Positions 1-13,667 are shown, counted from the stretch's first letter. The stretch is 64,000 nt of DNA from Antedon mediterranea (GCF_964355755.1 NC_092673.1:25417648-25481647); one strand, 5' to 3'. Numbers and translations are program-made. The notes: a model not told the origin generated them from the sequence alone.

Positions 1-443
1 TAGGCCTACTATATAATATGTACAGCAAAATTCAAAACAGAAATAATGATGTACTGTAGGCCTAGTGCTCTTTTAAGGAGAGCACATTTAAACTGATTTG
101 AGACCACATGCCGAGGATAAATGTACGGCGTATTAATTATGAAATAGAGAGTACTCCGAGAGTACAAACCTCCGCCTCCTGTAAAATTCTCCTACATAAA
201 ATTTCCCCGGAAAATATATATATATATTTTAATTAGTTCTAAGTGTAAATAGGCTAACTGCACACTACAAAGTTGTGGATGAGAGTTCGGTGTAATGTTA
301 TGTATCTAGCCTCTCACATAGTTGAGATCGCTGGTTCAATTCCCACTGAGAGTTTTTTCTTTATTATTTTTTATTTTTTTGTGGACATTGATTTTTAACC
401 CTGATCCTTCAAAATTTAACCACAATTATATGATGAGTCATTG

Positions 444-3400
444 TACTCTAGTAGCTAGATCAACTTTCGTATGCACTTTGAGGTCCAGAGAATTTGACTT
501 CAGAAATTGGTTTAGGGTGGTCAAACAATCATTTTTGGCTTGGTTACACATTTTGAAAATGTGGCGAAAGGTCAAAAGGTCAGGGTGAAAGGTCATAAGA
601 CCAAACACCAATATGTCCTTAAATCTCAACAACCATTGGTCACAGCGAAGTAATTTTGGTCTCAAATTGATCAGAAGGTATACATTTATATTCAGTCTAA
701 TGGGACATTTTAGTCAAAAATGACCGGAAATGCCATTTCTGACCTTTGACCCACACCTCAGGGCATGTATGTATCTCCATAACTACTGATCGTAGACACT
801 TAATTTTGGTCTTAAATTGTTTGAAATAAATATTTATTATTTTGTAGCACATTTTTAAAAATGTTACAAAAGGTCAAAGGGTCAAGGTCAAAGGTTATAT
901 GAACAAATAAAAATAGATACTTGTATCTCGGCAACCACTCGTCGCAGCAAGTCAATTTTAGTCTCAAAATGTTCAGAAGGCATGCTTTCATATTCAATCT
1001 AATAGGACATTTTAGTCAAAAATTATCAGAAATGCCATTTCTGACCTTTGACCCACATATCATGGCATCTTCATATCTCTGTAAGTACTGGTCGTAGAAA
1101 CTTAAATTTGATATCAAATTGTTCGAAATATACATATTTACATTCATTGTAATAGAAAATGTGGTTAAAAGATGAACAGAAATACTATTACTAATGTTTC
1201 AAACAAAAAACATATCTCTACATAACTTATCCTTAGACAGTAATGTTATGCAATAACTGATACTTTAAATTGTTTCAATTTCAAGTACTAGTTATTGCTG
1301 TCCCCAAGAACATTTTGATAGAAACGTCAAGCTCAACAGTTCTTTTCAGAATGCTAGAAGTAACTAGCCATGTGTATCCGATTAAACTCCCCGGGCATTT
1401 ATTGTTCAAAGGGCAGGGGAGGCATCTTTATTTGTGGTATAATATGGTAATATGTATAATCAAATAAATACCACCTAGATGTAAAAAAAAATACAGCATA
1501 ATTAATATCAAAAAGTGAAAAAAATGCTTGGTAAATTGTAGATTATGGTAGTTAATGTAATGTGTTGTGATACAATTATTGTGTAAATGCATGTGGCGGG
1601 CGTATTCCACATGGTGTTCTATTAGAGGGAATGGTGCCGTTTATTTGAGAGATTCGTTTTCTTCTTTATGCTTTTTAACGAAATGGTTCTGTCTTTTAGA
1701 ATAAAAGTGACACTGTCATAGATAACATTAAATGGATCTTCTCTTCCAGGTGCCAGTATAATGATATAAAACAATGAAATATCATTATCCTGACACAATT
1801 GCACTCATAATGGATCTTCATTCTATCATCTGTTTGTTTGTGACTACAATTTGACAATCTTTTGCATATTTTTAAATGCCAATACATAGCTTCATTACTA
1901 TTGTACAATATGTCCAGCTTTCCTGAAAACACCCTTGTGTACTGTAGTACAGTGTTGTAGTATGATTTTATCATGATAACTTCTGATGCTTTTATTGTCA
2001 ATGAATTCAGTACCTAAAACATGTCAAAGTTTCTAGTGGTATTGATAATAAATCTCCAGAAACATATATTGTTTTATTATCTACACTGGGAACAGACGTG
2101 TATAATATACACCGACAAAACTTATACATATTATGTATACGTTTTGTCGGTAACATTCAAAAATATTATGCAACAGTGTTACGGAATAATGACAATGAAT
2201 TGGTCTATTATAGTTGTCTGTGATACCTTTTATTACATGATTGTACTTGCAACAGGATAGAATGAGGTTTGATCCAGTTATTATTCTTATTATATTAATT
2301 TTTTTTTTTTTTATCTGGGGTGTATTTATTTGATTATACATGTTACCATTATTACACCCAAACAAAATAAACGCCTTCCATGAATAACTAAATGCCCGGA
2401 CCTTTTATTCGGGTAACTATAGTAAGTTACTTCTAGCATTCTTAACTGTTGAGCTCGAGTATTTATTCGAATTAACACCCGCTTTGAATAAAAGCCTCCA
2501 TTCCCTTCAATAGATCATCATGTGGAATAAACGCTCCGCCACATGCATTTACAAAATAATTGTATCACAACACATTTCATTAATTACCATAATCTACAAT
2601 TACCAAGCATTTTGACATAATGTTATCATTTTTTATATTAATTGTGCTGTATTTTTTTTACATCTAGGTGGTATTTATTTGATTATACATGTTACCATAT
2701 TATACCCCAAATAAAGATGCCTCCCCTCCCCCTAAAAACCCTTTTGAACAATAAATGCCCGGTGCGTTTAATCGGATACACATGGCAAGTTACTTCTAGC
2801 ATTCTGAAAAGAACTGTTGAGCTTGACGTTTATATCAAAATGTTCTCGTGGACAGCAATAAAAACTAGTAGGCCTACTTGAAATTGAAACAATTTAAAGT
2901 ATCATATTGCATAACATTACTGTCTAAGGATAAGTTGTGTAGAGATATGTTTTTTGTTTGAAACATTAGTAATAGTATTTTCTGTTCATCTTTTAACCAC
3001 ATTTTCTATTACAATGAATGTAAATATATATATTTCGAACAATTTGATACCAAATTTAAGTTTCTACGACCAGTACTTACAGAGATATGAAGATGCCCTG
3101 GTATGTGGGTCAAAGGTCAGAAATGGCATTTCTGATAATTTTTTACTAAAATGCCCCATTAGATGGAATATAAATGCATGCCTTCTGAACATTTTGAGAC
3201 CAAAATTGACTTGCTGCGACCAGTGGTTGCCGAGATACAAGTACCTTTATTTATTTGTTTATATAACCCTTGACCCTGACCCTTTGACCTTTTGTAACAT
3301 TTTTCAAAATGTTTCTCAAATAACAAAATATATATTTCGAACAATTTAAAACCAAATTCAAGTGTCTACGACCAGTAGTTACGGAGATAAATACATGCCC

Positions 3401-3717
3401 TGGGTTGTGGGTCAAAGGTCAGAAATGGCATTTCCGGTCATTTTAAACTAAAATGTCCCATTAGACTGAATACAAATGTATACCTTCTGATCAATTTGAG
3501 ACCAAAATTACTTCGCTGTGACGAGTGGTTGTTGAGATTTAAGGACATATTGGTGTTTGTTCTTATGACCTTTCACCCTGACCTTTTGACCTTTCGCCAC
3601 ATTTTCAAAATGTGTAACCAAGCCAAAAATGATTGTTTGACCACCCTAAACCAATTTCTGAAGTCAAATTCTCTGGACCTCAAAGTGCATACGAAAGTTG
3701 ATCTAGCTACTAGAGTA
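444..3717. repeat. Long inverted repeat: arms ~444-1645 and ~2485-3717 (~1.2 kb each), ~840-bp spacer
   Basis: TACTCTAGTAGCTAGATCAACTTTCG at 444 is the reverse complement of CGAAAGTTGATCTAGCTACTAGAGTA ending at 3717. Similarity continues inward with scattered substitutions and indels. Mirror ORFs 438-665(-) and 3496-3777(+) are near-identical. Confidence 0.9.
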
Positions 3718-3973
3718 TTGATCATTGTGGCTAAGTTTGGTGAGAATCGGATAAAAACTGTGGGTTCTAGGCATTAAAACATTTTTTTGTTAGTCGTGAT
3801 CTTGACCAATGACCATTTCCCCTCAAAATCGAACTCGTCCGAGCTTTTGGGGCATAGATCATTGTGGCCAAATTTGAAAACTGTGACCTCCAGGCTGTTC
3901 ACAGACAGACAGACATATACACACAAGCCAACACAATACTGGGGTGAAAATATAACCTCCTTGGCGGAGGTAA
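2940..3973 (+). mobile_element. Non-autonomous Helentron-associated (HINE / pearl / Tsp-like) element with internal tandem subunits; 5' boundary approximate
   Basis: Repeated TGACCTTTGACC-type subunits, an (ACAG)n tract at ~3901 and a terminal palindrome ATAACCTCCTTGGCGGAGGTAA at ~3952-3973. Confidence 0.65.
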
Positions 3974-4062
3974 CAAGGCCATATACATGGCTGCAGTCGC
4001 GTGCTCAAGATAGTGTTTACCAACCGATTAACGGACCAACCGACCGACATAGTGAGCTGTAA
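3972..4062 (+). mobile_element. Short HINE-like element, family H1, 3'-truncated
   Basis: AACAAGGCCATATACATGGCTGCAGTCGCGTGCTCAA...(GACC)n...GACATAGTGAGCTGTA, shared with the copies at 10479 and 17956. Confidence 0.7.
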
Positions 4063-5237
4063 GCTGTAACACACCCAATATTTTAGGACTCTTTAAAAAT
4101 GTATAAATAAAAGGCTTCATAAAGTACTCTGCTCTATCCAAATTGTAGACGTCTAACACAATGTGTTAAACAATACAAACAAATTTCAAAACCGAATCAT
4201 GGCAATCGAAAATAACGTACACGTAAACGAAACTACCGTTTAAACAAAGTATTTACGATAAGGTAAACGAATACATTTTCTTTAGAGTGTAAATAACACT
4301 GTGACGGTGTGAAAGCAAATCAGTGTCCAGTCAAACAAATATTGTTCAGGTATCATGTCGTGCGGAAAAGATTATTGTAAATACAAACAGCTTACGATAC
4401 GATCGGTTATTTTCACAAGCCCAATACCCCCAGCAGTAAGGTACAGGGAGGGACGGGGAGGTGTTGCTTTGAACAATTTTATAAGGGGTATACAAATCTT
4501 CCTTGCTTAATATTTCACGCATTAGAGATTGAACACGCAGAATATCGTAGCGGCTCTAAAACTACGTTCACACTGAGGCTGAATTCGGGTCCGGTGTTAT
4601 GTTGAAGGATAGAACCGAAGTCCGTACAATCTGGACGTAACTTTAACGTAGTAGACGTATATTTATCACCACATATCATTTCCTAAGGATAAACAAAACA
4701 TAAATGGAAAAAATATTTACAATATACATAAGTTGCAAATAAAGTTATTATGACGTTTTCATATTATTTATCCTTTATTACGTTACTATGGAAACAATAG
4801 TACATTTTTAAATCAGTGGAAAATACGGATGCCAAAATAAATCATATCTCACAATGGGTCTACAACCAACAAGGAAATAAAGTTTCATCACGCATCGTCC
4901 AACCAATCATAATCCAGGATATAGGGTTTTCCCCGTTTGTTTTTTTTTAAATAAATTACGAGTGGCATAACAAACTTTCGACACAAGTAGTACCATTCTA
5001 AAGATAAAGTTCTAACGTGAAGCAGTGCTTGTATATACCGCTCTACAAAACAGAGGTAACGTTTTTTTAAAATACAATTGTACTCGTCTAAACTTTTGCT
5101 CATTATACTCAATTAGTTAAGTTAATCAACTTACATGGTAGGCCTAATATGTTTGTGGCTTAAGCATATCCTGTGCATATTAAATATTGGAAAAGATTAC
5201 ATTTTCTTATTTTTACCTAAATATTATCTACACAGAT

Positions 5238-8200
5238 ATGGCGTCAGAACTATCGGGAAATCTATATGAATACAACTATGAAAAGGTATGGTTTATTTAA
5301 TGTAATTAATGTGCATGTTTTTTACCCAAATACCACTGAATACACAAACCCGTCAGATAATATGATTTTGATGAACTGAATTTTAAGTTTTACAAATTTC
5401 AGAGCAAAAAGGGAAAAGAAAATTTCTATTCACTGGACAACTCCAAGCTTAGTTGCTATGGAAAGAAGAAGGATTATACAGCACGAAAAGAGCCGAAATA
5501 TTCGTTAGAAATCAGAGAACTAACAAATATAACAATTGATAAAAGCAAGCACGACAACATCCTTTGCATTAGGAACGATGAAAAAACAATTTTTCTTATT
5601 GCAACAAAAAAGTAAGTAATTTAAAGAATTGTATAAAAAAACATTTTTTTTCTGTATTTATTTGTATTTCCTATTCTCTAGGTTCAAATTACTATTTAAA
5701 ATAAAATCATTATGTTTTTACCTATTATCACTAGTATGATTTATTATATATCATTTTTTATTATCCCTAGTTTAAGTTCTATTATGTTATTCGGTTCTTC
5801 AACTATAGTATACTATTTTTAGGGAGGATATCAACCAATGGTATTCTGCTTTATGCAAGTTGTTCCATATTGAATCAGAAGTAAAACTAAGGCAGCGATC
5901 AAACACTGAACGATACGATCGAAAACAGGTGCAAATAGGAAAAAATACCATTAGTGGCCCAAGTCTAGGTGGATTTCTTGGAAATGCTTTGAATAATGAG
6001 GTTAGTATAAACCTAGATTGAATTTAAATCATCCCCATTATATTTAGCATCATCGCCATCATTATATTATCAATATGTTTACCGTAGTTGTTATACGTAG
6101 CCTAATTCTTTTTTTTTAGTTTTTCAACTTTGTTATGTAATGCTATTCAACGGTGATATTCTATACTAAATAAAATCGGCCAGGCACTTATTCCTTTTCA
6201 ATTTTCTGTTGTCCAATGTTAATATTATCATAATGCGAATTGCAATATGTTTGTTTTAGCGACGACCTCTACCTGCCGTACCAGAAAATCAAGAACAATC
6301 CACAAAATCTTCAGATGCAAATGCAGACAACATCAACTTTCAGGTACTGAGCGAATTGCCATGTTGTATCAGACACCACATGATGCAAAAACATAACGAC
6401 GGTAAGTTTGGTTTTCATATTATTTAGATTGGGATTAGTGAATAGGCCAATGGCAGTGTGTACAAACATTGATATTAATAATAAAAATGCATGAGTTTAC
6501 AGTAGGCTAATGATTCATTGTGTGAATTTGGGAAGAACGTGCTTCTTCCCTCGTTTCCTCAACACAGTTTTCATCGATTATAATGTACATAGATGGATCC
6601 AGTATTAACGAAGGAGATAAAAGAACGCACTAGAATATGCTCATTTTGTAAATCTTACGAGAATCCTGCGAATTCCTTCTACTACTTCTTTATATTTTAT
6701 TGTTTTTCTGTAATTAGGGAGGAACATGGTAGACACAGACACTAATTACGAAAACATTCATTTTGTGAGGGGCGTACAAGAATGGCAGAGGAAAACAGAA
6801 GACAGCAAGTTTAAATTGAAAAATAACAATGAAAGTTACGACTTGGCAAACAAACTTAAAACAATACAAACCAACACAAATTCCTCTGAGAAACAGAACC
6901 ACTATGAACTATCAGTAGGCCTACCAGTGTCGAATGTTAATGCTGCTGAGGATGACCCCATTTACCAGAATACGCCACGAAAGTTACCTGAAGAAAACAG
7001 GCAGTCTTGGCATATTGCAGTCAGGTAATGATATTTTGTTTTAGTTTATATGGAAATCCTGAATGCTGTGTTTACATGTCATTTTCAATTTTATAATGCC
7101 TTTTACCTGTTAATTATTATATATTTCCAGTCCACCTCCTTTGCCTGAAAAGAAAAAGAGACCTGTAGTACCACCAACAATTGCTCCAAAACCAAAGAAT
7201 AAATCCGACAAGTCATCTTCATTGAAATCTGTTAGGGTTTATAATGAATATGTCAGGTATGTTTCTTTTATCATTGGCCACATGCTTGAAATAATAACAC
7301 AATGGCGGTAGGCCTACTACAAATAAACAACAGTGGTATATTCAAGGATAATAGATTAGTGGGTTGTGGAGGGAGAAGGATAACAGATAACAATAATAGA
7401 TTATGAAGGGAACTCGAGGGGAACGAGGTAAAAAACATAATATTCACGGTAATTATCAACCAGCACAGCATATACAACCATATAACGTATACATCTTGAT
7501 AAACCTTTTTATTATAAAGTTATTACTAAGTATACCTAATTCTATATAATATTAACATTTAGTCAATCCATTTTTGTTCAGATCCCCACTTCTGTCCGAA
7601 AAGAACCAACCAGTACCACCGAAAATTGCCCCAAAACCAATGAAAAAATGTAACAATTCCGACGAGCCGTCTTCATTAAGGTCGTTCAGTCGAGCTTCTA
7701 CTAAATATAATGTCAGGTATGGTGGTTTATTAATTGAAAATAGTATTTGTATGCTTCAGTGAGTAGTATTTTCAAAATTATACTCAATGTCATATACGGA
7801 TTATATTGTGAACAGTATACATTTGTCAGTGGTTTATAGTTTATTATGGTGTAATTACTATTGATCACTTGTTTCAGTGGTGATTATGTTCGTGAGCAAG
7901 GAAAATCAAAAACAACTAGCGTCTCAAAACAGGAACTTGTCAGGAGAGGAATCAAGTTGGCTGAAATCAACAACGGGATTTGGTAAGTAATATACAGTAT
8001 ATTATTGTTTCACATTATTATATCATGTTTAATACATTTGGCGTAAAAAAGATAACAGAAATATTCGACACTCAAAAGGAATCTTATGCTTCTTTATGAA
8101 TACCACTACCATTACACAACAAGTTTTTTCTGATGTGTTCATGTTTGTCATGTTTTTCCTTTGGCGTGGTATTTTAAAACCTTGAAGAGGTGGCTATATC

Positions 8201-9823
8201 AGGGAGTTTTCTGTTATTATTGTATCACAACTAACAAAGTTAACACTTTATTTGCAGGTTTGGTGGTTTTGAAAATTCTTTGGAAGAAGAAAATGCGGAG
8301 GACACTCCACATTGGCTGATGTTTGGAGATCAACTGATTCAAATCAATGACCAATGGCTGGATTCAGCCAAGTTTGCAGACAATATCATTAACACCACTA
8401 CTAAACAAGAGGTAGGAGATTTTGATCGAAACTAATAAGATAATACATAATTTTTTTTAACGACAAGGAAAAATTATAAGAGAACATTGCGCGCCGAAAC
8501 CGCTGACTTATTAAAGCGCAGCTAAGCACTAAAACTTGGTTCCCATTGGAACGTAACGCAAGGACGTAAACGCAACGAAAGCGTTTTAACCAATGACAAG
8601 CGAAGTTATAGACAGTTAGCAATCACAAGCGAATAAGCCATCGCTTGTGATTGGTCAATTCACTTGTGTTGCGTTACGTCCTTGCGTTGCGTCGCTAGTG
8701 GGAACCACGCTTAAAGACGCAACGCAAGGACGTAACGCAACGTAAGGGATTTGACCAATCACAAGCGATGGACTTATTCGACTGTCGCTTGTCATTGGTC
8801 AACACGCTTGCGTTGTGTTTACGTCCTTGCGTTGCGTTATAATGGGAACCAAGCTTAACCATATTTACAGAAAAGCATTAACGTAACGTATACAAAAAAA
8901 GGCAATGCATAATGTCAGGAGCATAAAAGTAACCCATGTTGTCAGCAGGCAAGAAACTACAGATACTGTTTATTATCGCTAGACATGCTAACGTACGAGA
9001 ACCGGGTTATCAAAGTGGAATGGCGGATCAGCATTGATGTACGACACGCAAGTTTTATTTTATAGCTCATAACTAAATACTATAGAATAACAAATGTGTA
9101 TTTTATTTGATTTTTAGGTATCTTTGTGTGTAAAACGTTTACCTCATGCTCAAATTATACCTCTAACTCGTCAACATTCAGGTCAGGACCTTGGCTTAGA
9201 GTGTCACAGTCGAGAGGTAAGTAACTTCATACACCAACAACTGTAGGGCATACGCATGAAGAGAGGGGTTGGGATGGGGGATGCTTAGAGAGCGGAGAAA
9301 TAGTGCCCGAGAGACGAATGCAAGCTGGAAGGGTAAATGCACCTCACTTCACTCTAAGTGAAACTAACAACACGTTAATAAAGACAATTATCGTTTTTTT
9401 TAAATTATATATTTGGCTCAATTAATATTATTATTTATAACATATTAATCATAATATGGTGTTTTTATCAATCAGGTAACTAACGTAGCTCCTGACCACT
9501 TAGCTTCAACGCAAGGTCGGCTTAGACCAGAAGCTACAGGCATCATGGGAATGAACTGTACGTGGACAATAACACACGTAAACTCTGAAGAAATCCCTCA
9601 AAACATCACAACAGAAATGGTAAGTACATAATGATTAATGATCACATAATTATTACAGTAATCAAGTCTATAAATCGTCGTAAATGGTTGTGGTAATTAT
9701 GATCAGATTGATTGACTAGCTAATGATTGATGATCATGACTGGTGGTAATGATGATAATATTGATACAGATGATGATGAAGGTAAAGATGATGATGATGA
9801 TGGTGATAAATGATCCTGATGAC

Positions 9824-9876
<53 letters not shown>

Positions 9877-10041
9877 AATGATGAAGATGGTCTTGGTCAT
9901 GATGACATGATGATAATGATGATCATGATTACATATATGATGATGATAATGATGAGGATAAGGATGATGATGATGATAATGAGGATGGCGATGACGATGA
10001 TGATGATGATGATGATGATAGATGATGATCATGATGATGAC

Positions 10042-10075
<34 letters not shown>

Positions 10076-10244
10076 GCCATGCTTTACACCACAGTATTAA
10101 CTCTACCTAGTTTGTAGCATACGTGTAACACATTTATTATTTTGTATTTTTAAGATGGAAGAAAAACTTCAATCCGCTGGAAAAGTTGTAAACTTAATTG
10201 TACAGCCTACTGATTTTGTTAAAACAATCATAGAACAGTCATAG
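5238..10244 (+). CDS. PH-domain / Tyr- and Pro-rich / syntenin-like tandem-PDZ adaptor protein, paralogue 1 (~578 aa, 12 coding exons)
   Basis: GT-AG exons in continuous frame: 5238-5285, 5403-5611, 5823-6000, 6260-6401, 6718-7024, 7131-7256, 7582-7716, 7878-7982, 8258-8411, 9118-9216, 9476-9619, 10155-10244. PH C-terminal helix EDINQWYSALCK; YENI, YDLA, YELS and YQNT motifs. LMFGDQLIQIN...VKRLPHAQIIPL...DLGL...GKVVNLIVQPTDFVKTII resembles syntenin PDZ1-PDZ2. A probable non-coding exon ends at ~5055. Confidence 0.85.
8533..8855. mobile_element. MITE family A (one full plus one partial copy)
   Basis: TIRs AGCTTGGTTCCCACTAG...CTAGTGGGAACCA(A/C)GCT, flanked by TA/TWA. Superfamily (PIF/Harbinger vs Tc1) is not resolved. 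Confidence 0.8.
9722..10075. repeat. (GAT)n microsatellite in last intron of paralogue 1
   Basis: Imperfect GAT trinucleotide run of ~350 bp. Confidence 0.95.
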
Positions 10245-10478
10245 CTTTATTACTGTAATATCAAATGGTGACATTTGACATTCGAAAAGTGTAAAAAATA
10301 ACAATGAACAGTATTATAATATCAGTATTATAATGTAATGACAGGCATACCTGTTGGCGAGGATATGGAGGAATTCCTCCATGGTGAGAAGAAGTGAGAT
10401 AGAATTAAAATGGCCATCGTTTCTGCTTTAATTAGTATGTTTATCGTATTTGTATTGTATATTAGTATGCTTATGTAA

Positions 10479-10611
10479 AACAAGGCCATATAAATGGCTG
10501 CAGTCGCGTGCTCAAAATTGAGTTAGTGTTTACCGACCGACCGACCAACCGACCGACCAACCGACCAACCGACATAGTGAGCTGTAGAGTTGCGTTGCAC
10601 GCGACTAAAAA
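10479..10611 (+). mobile_element. Short HINE-like element, family H1 (complete)
   Basis: Subterminal IR AGTCGCGTG / CACGCGACT, (GACC/AACC)n microsatellite, 3' hairpin and A-run flanks. Confidence 0.75.
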
Positions 10612-11487
10612 TATTTTACTTAATAGCCTACAAATCACAAATATTTTGTGAATAAGATTTGTATTTTCTTGGTAAAACTGCTATTAGGCCTATTTGATTA
10701 AAAAAAAACATTTTGTATTATTACAAGCTTATTTTTTACGAAAACATGAGTAACTTTTATAAAGTTTTGAGTGATTTTCAATTTTTGCATTATTTTCTAT
10801 TTTGCATTGTTGTTGAAAATATTTGTTATATATATTATATAATGTTAAATATATACTGGGAAATAACCTTAAATAATCTGTAGGCCTATAACAAAATATA
10901 GTTTAGGAATAAAAAAAACTTTTTTTTCACTATATTTTTGTTTCCCCTTTTCCTTGGCACCTACAAGGGATAAGGTACTATGTTTATATAGGCCAAATTA
11001 TTAAAAATTGTACAAAAGTAAATATATGTATATACGTAGTTTAAACATTCCAGTTTTAACATTTTAACAATTATCTAACAAAATTAATGATTGCACCATC
11101 CTTATCTTATACAGTATTAATTATTATTAAATTTGTATTTGTTTTTCTGTGGAAACATTTTTACTATTTTTTTATATTGTAAATATCCTGTAATTCGGCT
11201 TAATCGGCTGCGATGATGAACATAAAACATTAACATATAAAGTAAATAAAATGTTATAGGAGGCCTATTGAAAAAAAAGCCTATATGCAATGTATATAAT
11301 AAATCAGTGCTTTAAGAACAAATATAGCATTATATATTGATATATTAAAAAATAAATGATTACCTAACTACAGTTTTTGTATTTCATTTGACTTACTTGT
11401 AGAATCTATGACTACCTTGTGTGTATCAGGGTACAAACAACTGTTTTCTGATATATTTATCATTTAGACCAAGTGAGATGTATTGAT

Positions 11488-12322
11488 AACAAGGCCAACA
11501 GCCATTAAGTCACGTGCTACAATGCATAGTGATACCGGACCGACAGACAGACCGACAGACCGACAGACAGACCGACAGACAGACAGACAGACAGACAGAG
11601 AGACCGACCGACCGACATAGTGAACTATACTGACCGAAATTACTGAACATGTTTAAAAATGTTGAAATGTTTAAAAACATTTATTTTTTTTAAATTTACA
11701 CGTGCGTAGCCTGTCACTTTCGACGTGCTCGTATAACGTAATTTCGAGTTGAAAAGTAAGTCAAGAAAACAGAAATCGGGCAAAAAGAGTGCGCAATAAC
11801 ATTTAACGCGCAGTGCGCGCGCAAAAATATGCGCACTCATGGCAATTTTGTAAACGCTTAAAATTGCCTGAAATGTACTCTTATTTCATCGAAAATAAAT
11901 TTTGAAAATTTTAAGCGCGCGTACGCATGCGTTACATGCGCTACGCACGTAATTGTATTGCCATATGATGATTTATGCCCTGAAATTTATGAGTACCAAA
12001 TTTTATTTAATTGTGATTCATGGTTGTGAAATGATTACAAACGTGATTTCGTTAAATCGTGCGTAGACCGCGTAATTTTTTATTGCGCACCGTGCAAACA
12101 TAACCACATTGATTCCTGGCCATAAGGAATATACTGTGAAAAATTGACCTAGCTAGATTAAACTGATATCAAGATAAGGTCAGAAAGCGATAAAACGCAT
12201 AGTGATACCGGACCGACAGACAGACAGACCGACAGACAGACCGACAGACCGACAGACAGACAGACAGACAGACCGACCGACCGACATAGTGAACTATAGA
12301 GTCGCTTCCACGCGACTAAAAA
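11488..12322 (+). mobile_element. Longer HINE-like element related to family H1
   Basis: Starts AACAAGGCC...AGTCACGTGCT, has two (GACA/GACC)n blocks, and ends GAACTATAGAGTCGCTTCCACGCGACTAAAA. Confidence 0.7.
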
Positions 12323-12646
12323 TTGAAACATGCCACAACCCATTAACCTTGAAAAGTAACCAAACATTTTCGGTATAATTTATTTAAAAGTCAATTACAG
12401 CGTCAATGTACAGTTCATCTGCTATATTGAGATTAGGTTTGATTTAGACTAGAATAACGTGTATACAAACATCCTACAAGATACCACTTCAGGAAGCAGA
12501 AGAATACAGGCAGAAAAAGAAAACAAACAAGTTAATAAATTAATTATTTACATTGTAAAATTAACAGTTGATTTGTTATTGTTTTTTTTTCGAAAGCGCT
12601 CGATTCAAATCACGGCATAAAACATTGTTCAGTTATTTGTGTTTAA

Positions 12647-12720
12647 TTGTAGTGGTGGTTAACGTGCTTGTCTTTCAATCCCAAGGTCCAGGGTTCAATC
12701 CTGACCTAGTCTCAGCGTTG
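12647..12720 (+). mobile_element. Degenerate tRNA-derived SINE head
   Basis: A-box-like TAGTGGTGGTTAA and B-box GGTTCAATCC at tRNA spacing; no intact cloverleaf. Confidence 0.4.
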
Positions 12721-13667
12721 TAAAACAAATGATTTACCCAAAATAGTGCAAAATACACTTTTGCATAATGAAAGGGCCAATTATAAGACATGCACCTGTT
12801 AAAAATGTATAAATAAATAGCGCTTGCCTCAACCACACTCTAATAGTCTAATTTGTATATAAGCCTAATAATAATAATCATTATCATATCTATCTATATT
12901 ATTCTGTACCATACGGCGTCGGTACGACTCATTGTCATAGCAACAATATAGCCACTGAACCATGATTTTTGCAAAGTCACTCTGCAATGCACTATTGTAA
13001 CTTTATTATGAAATATTCTTTACCATAAATAAAGAGTTTGGAACTTCCATAGGAATTTCCTTATCTATAATAGTAATAATGATTCAGATCTAAAATTAAA
13101 ATCTGGGATTTTGAAAAAAATACAAGAACATTCGATGTTATTTAAGGAGTCACTTGCATCAGTACATTCAGTAGCAAGCAAGAAGAACGTTATCATACAT
13201 AAAAAGGTGAGTTTCATTATTGGATTATTTGATATACAGATAAGATTATGATAATCATGTAATAGTATTGAGGCGCCGTGTATATTTATTAACTAGGTAA
13301 TCAATCAACTATCGACCAAAGACACTATTTTTGGTAATCTTAAACCGTGGTTTTCAGAATACTGTGGTTTGTCGCTTCGCCTTAAACGGACGGTAAATCG
13401 AAATTCCTTTTCTCTTCACAAAAATCGAGACCTGTCTTTATGTAGTTTTAATTAAATGTTTTTGCATTTGATCTCTGGAAATTTCATCCAAGATTTAGAA
13501 GTAATGGTGCTGGTGAAATTTGGAATCCTAAAATTATGCCAACGCGTTGAGGTATATTTTTTTTAAATGCTGAATAGAAAGGGAATGAAAAAGGGAATGA
13601 AAAAAACTGAAAACACAAAATATCCTTGAAAAGAATGTTACAGGTATATGTGACGTTTATAATGGTG

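Noticed and set aside
288-352. tRNA-like remnant with B box GGTTCAATTCC
   Set aside because: The stems do not pair into a cloverleaf; at most a decayed SINE head.
1622-2365. ORFs in the spacer of the large inverted repeat as a possible transposase
   Set aside because: Short, overlapping, and with no catalytic motif I can identify.
322-4074. Many 60-130 aa ORFs, some in near-identical pairs on opposite strands
   Set aside because: They arise from the inverted-repeat arms and HINE subunits; no recognisable domains or splice structure.
9703-10110. Poly-Ile/His and poly-Met/Asp ORFs
   Set aside because: Translations of the intronic (GAT)n microsatellite.
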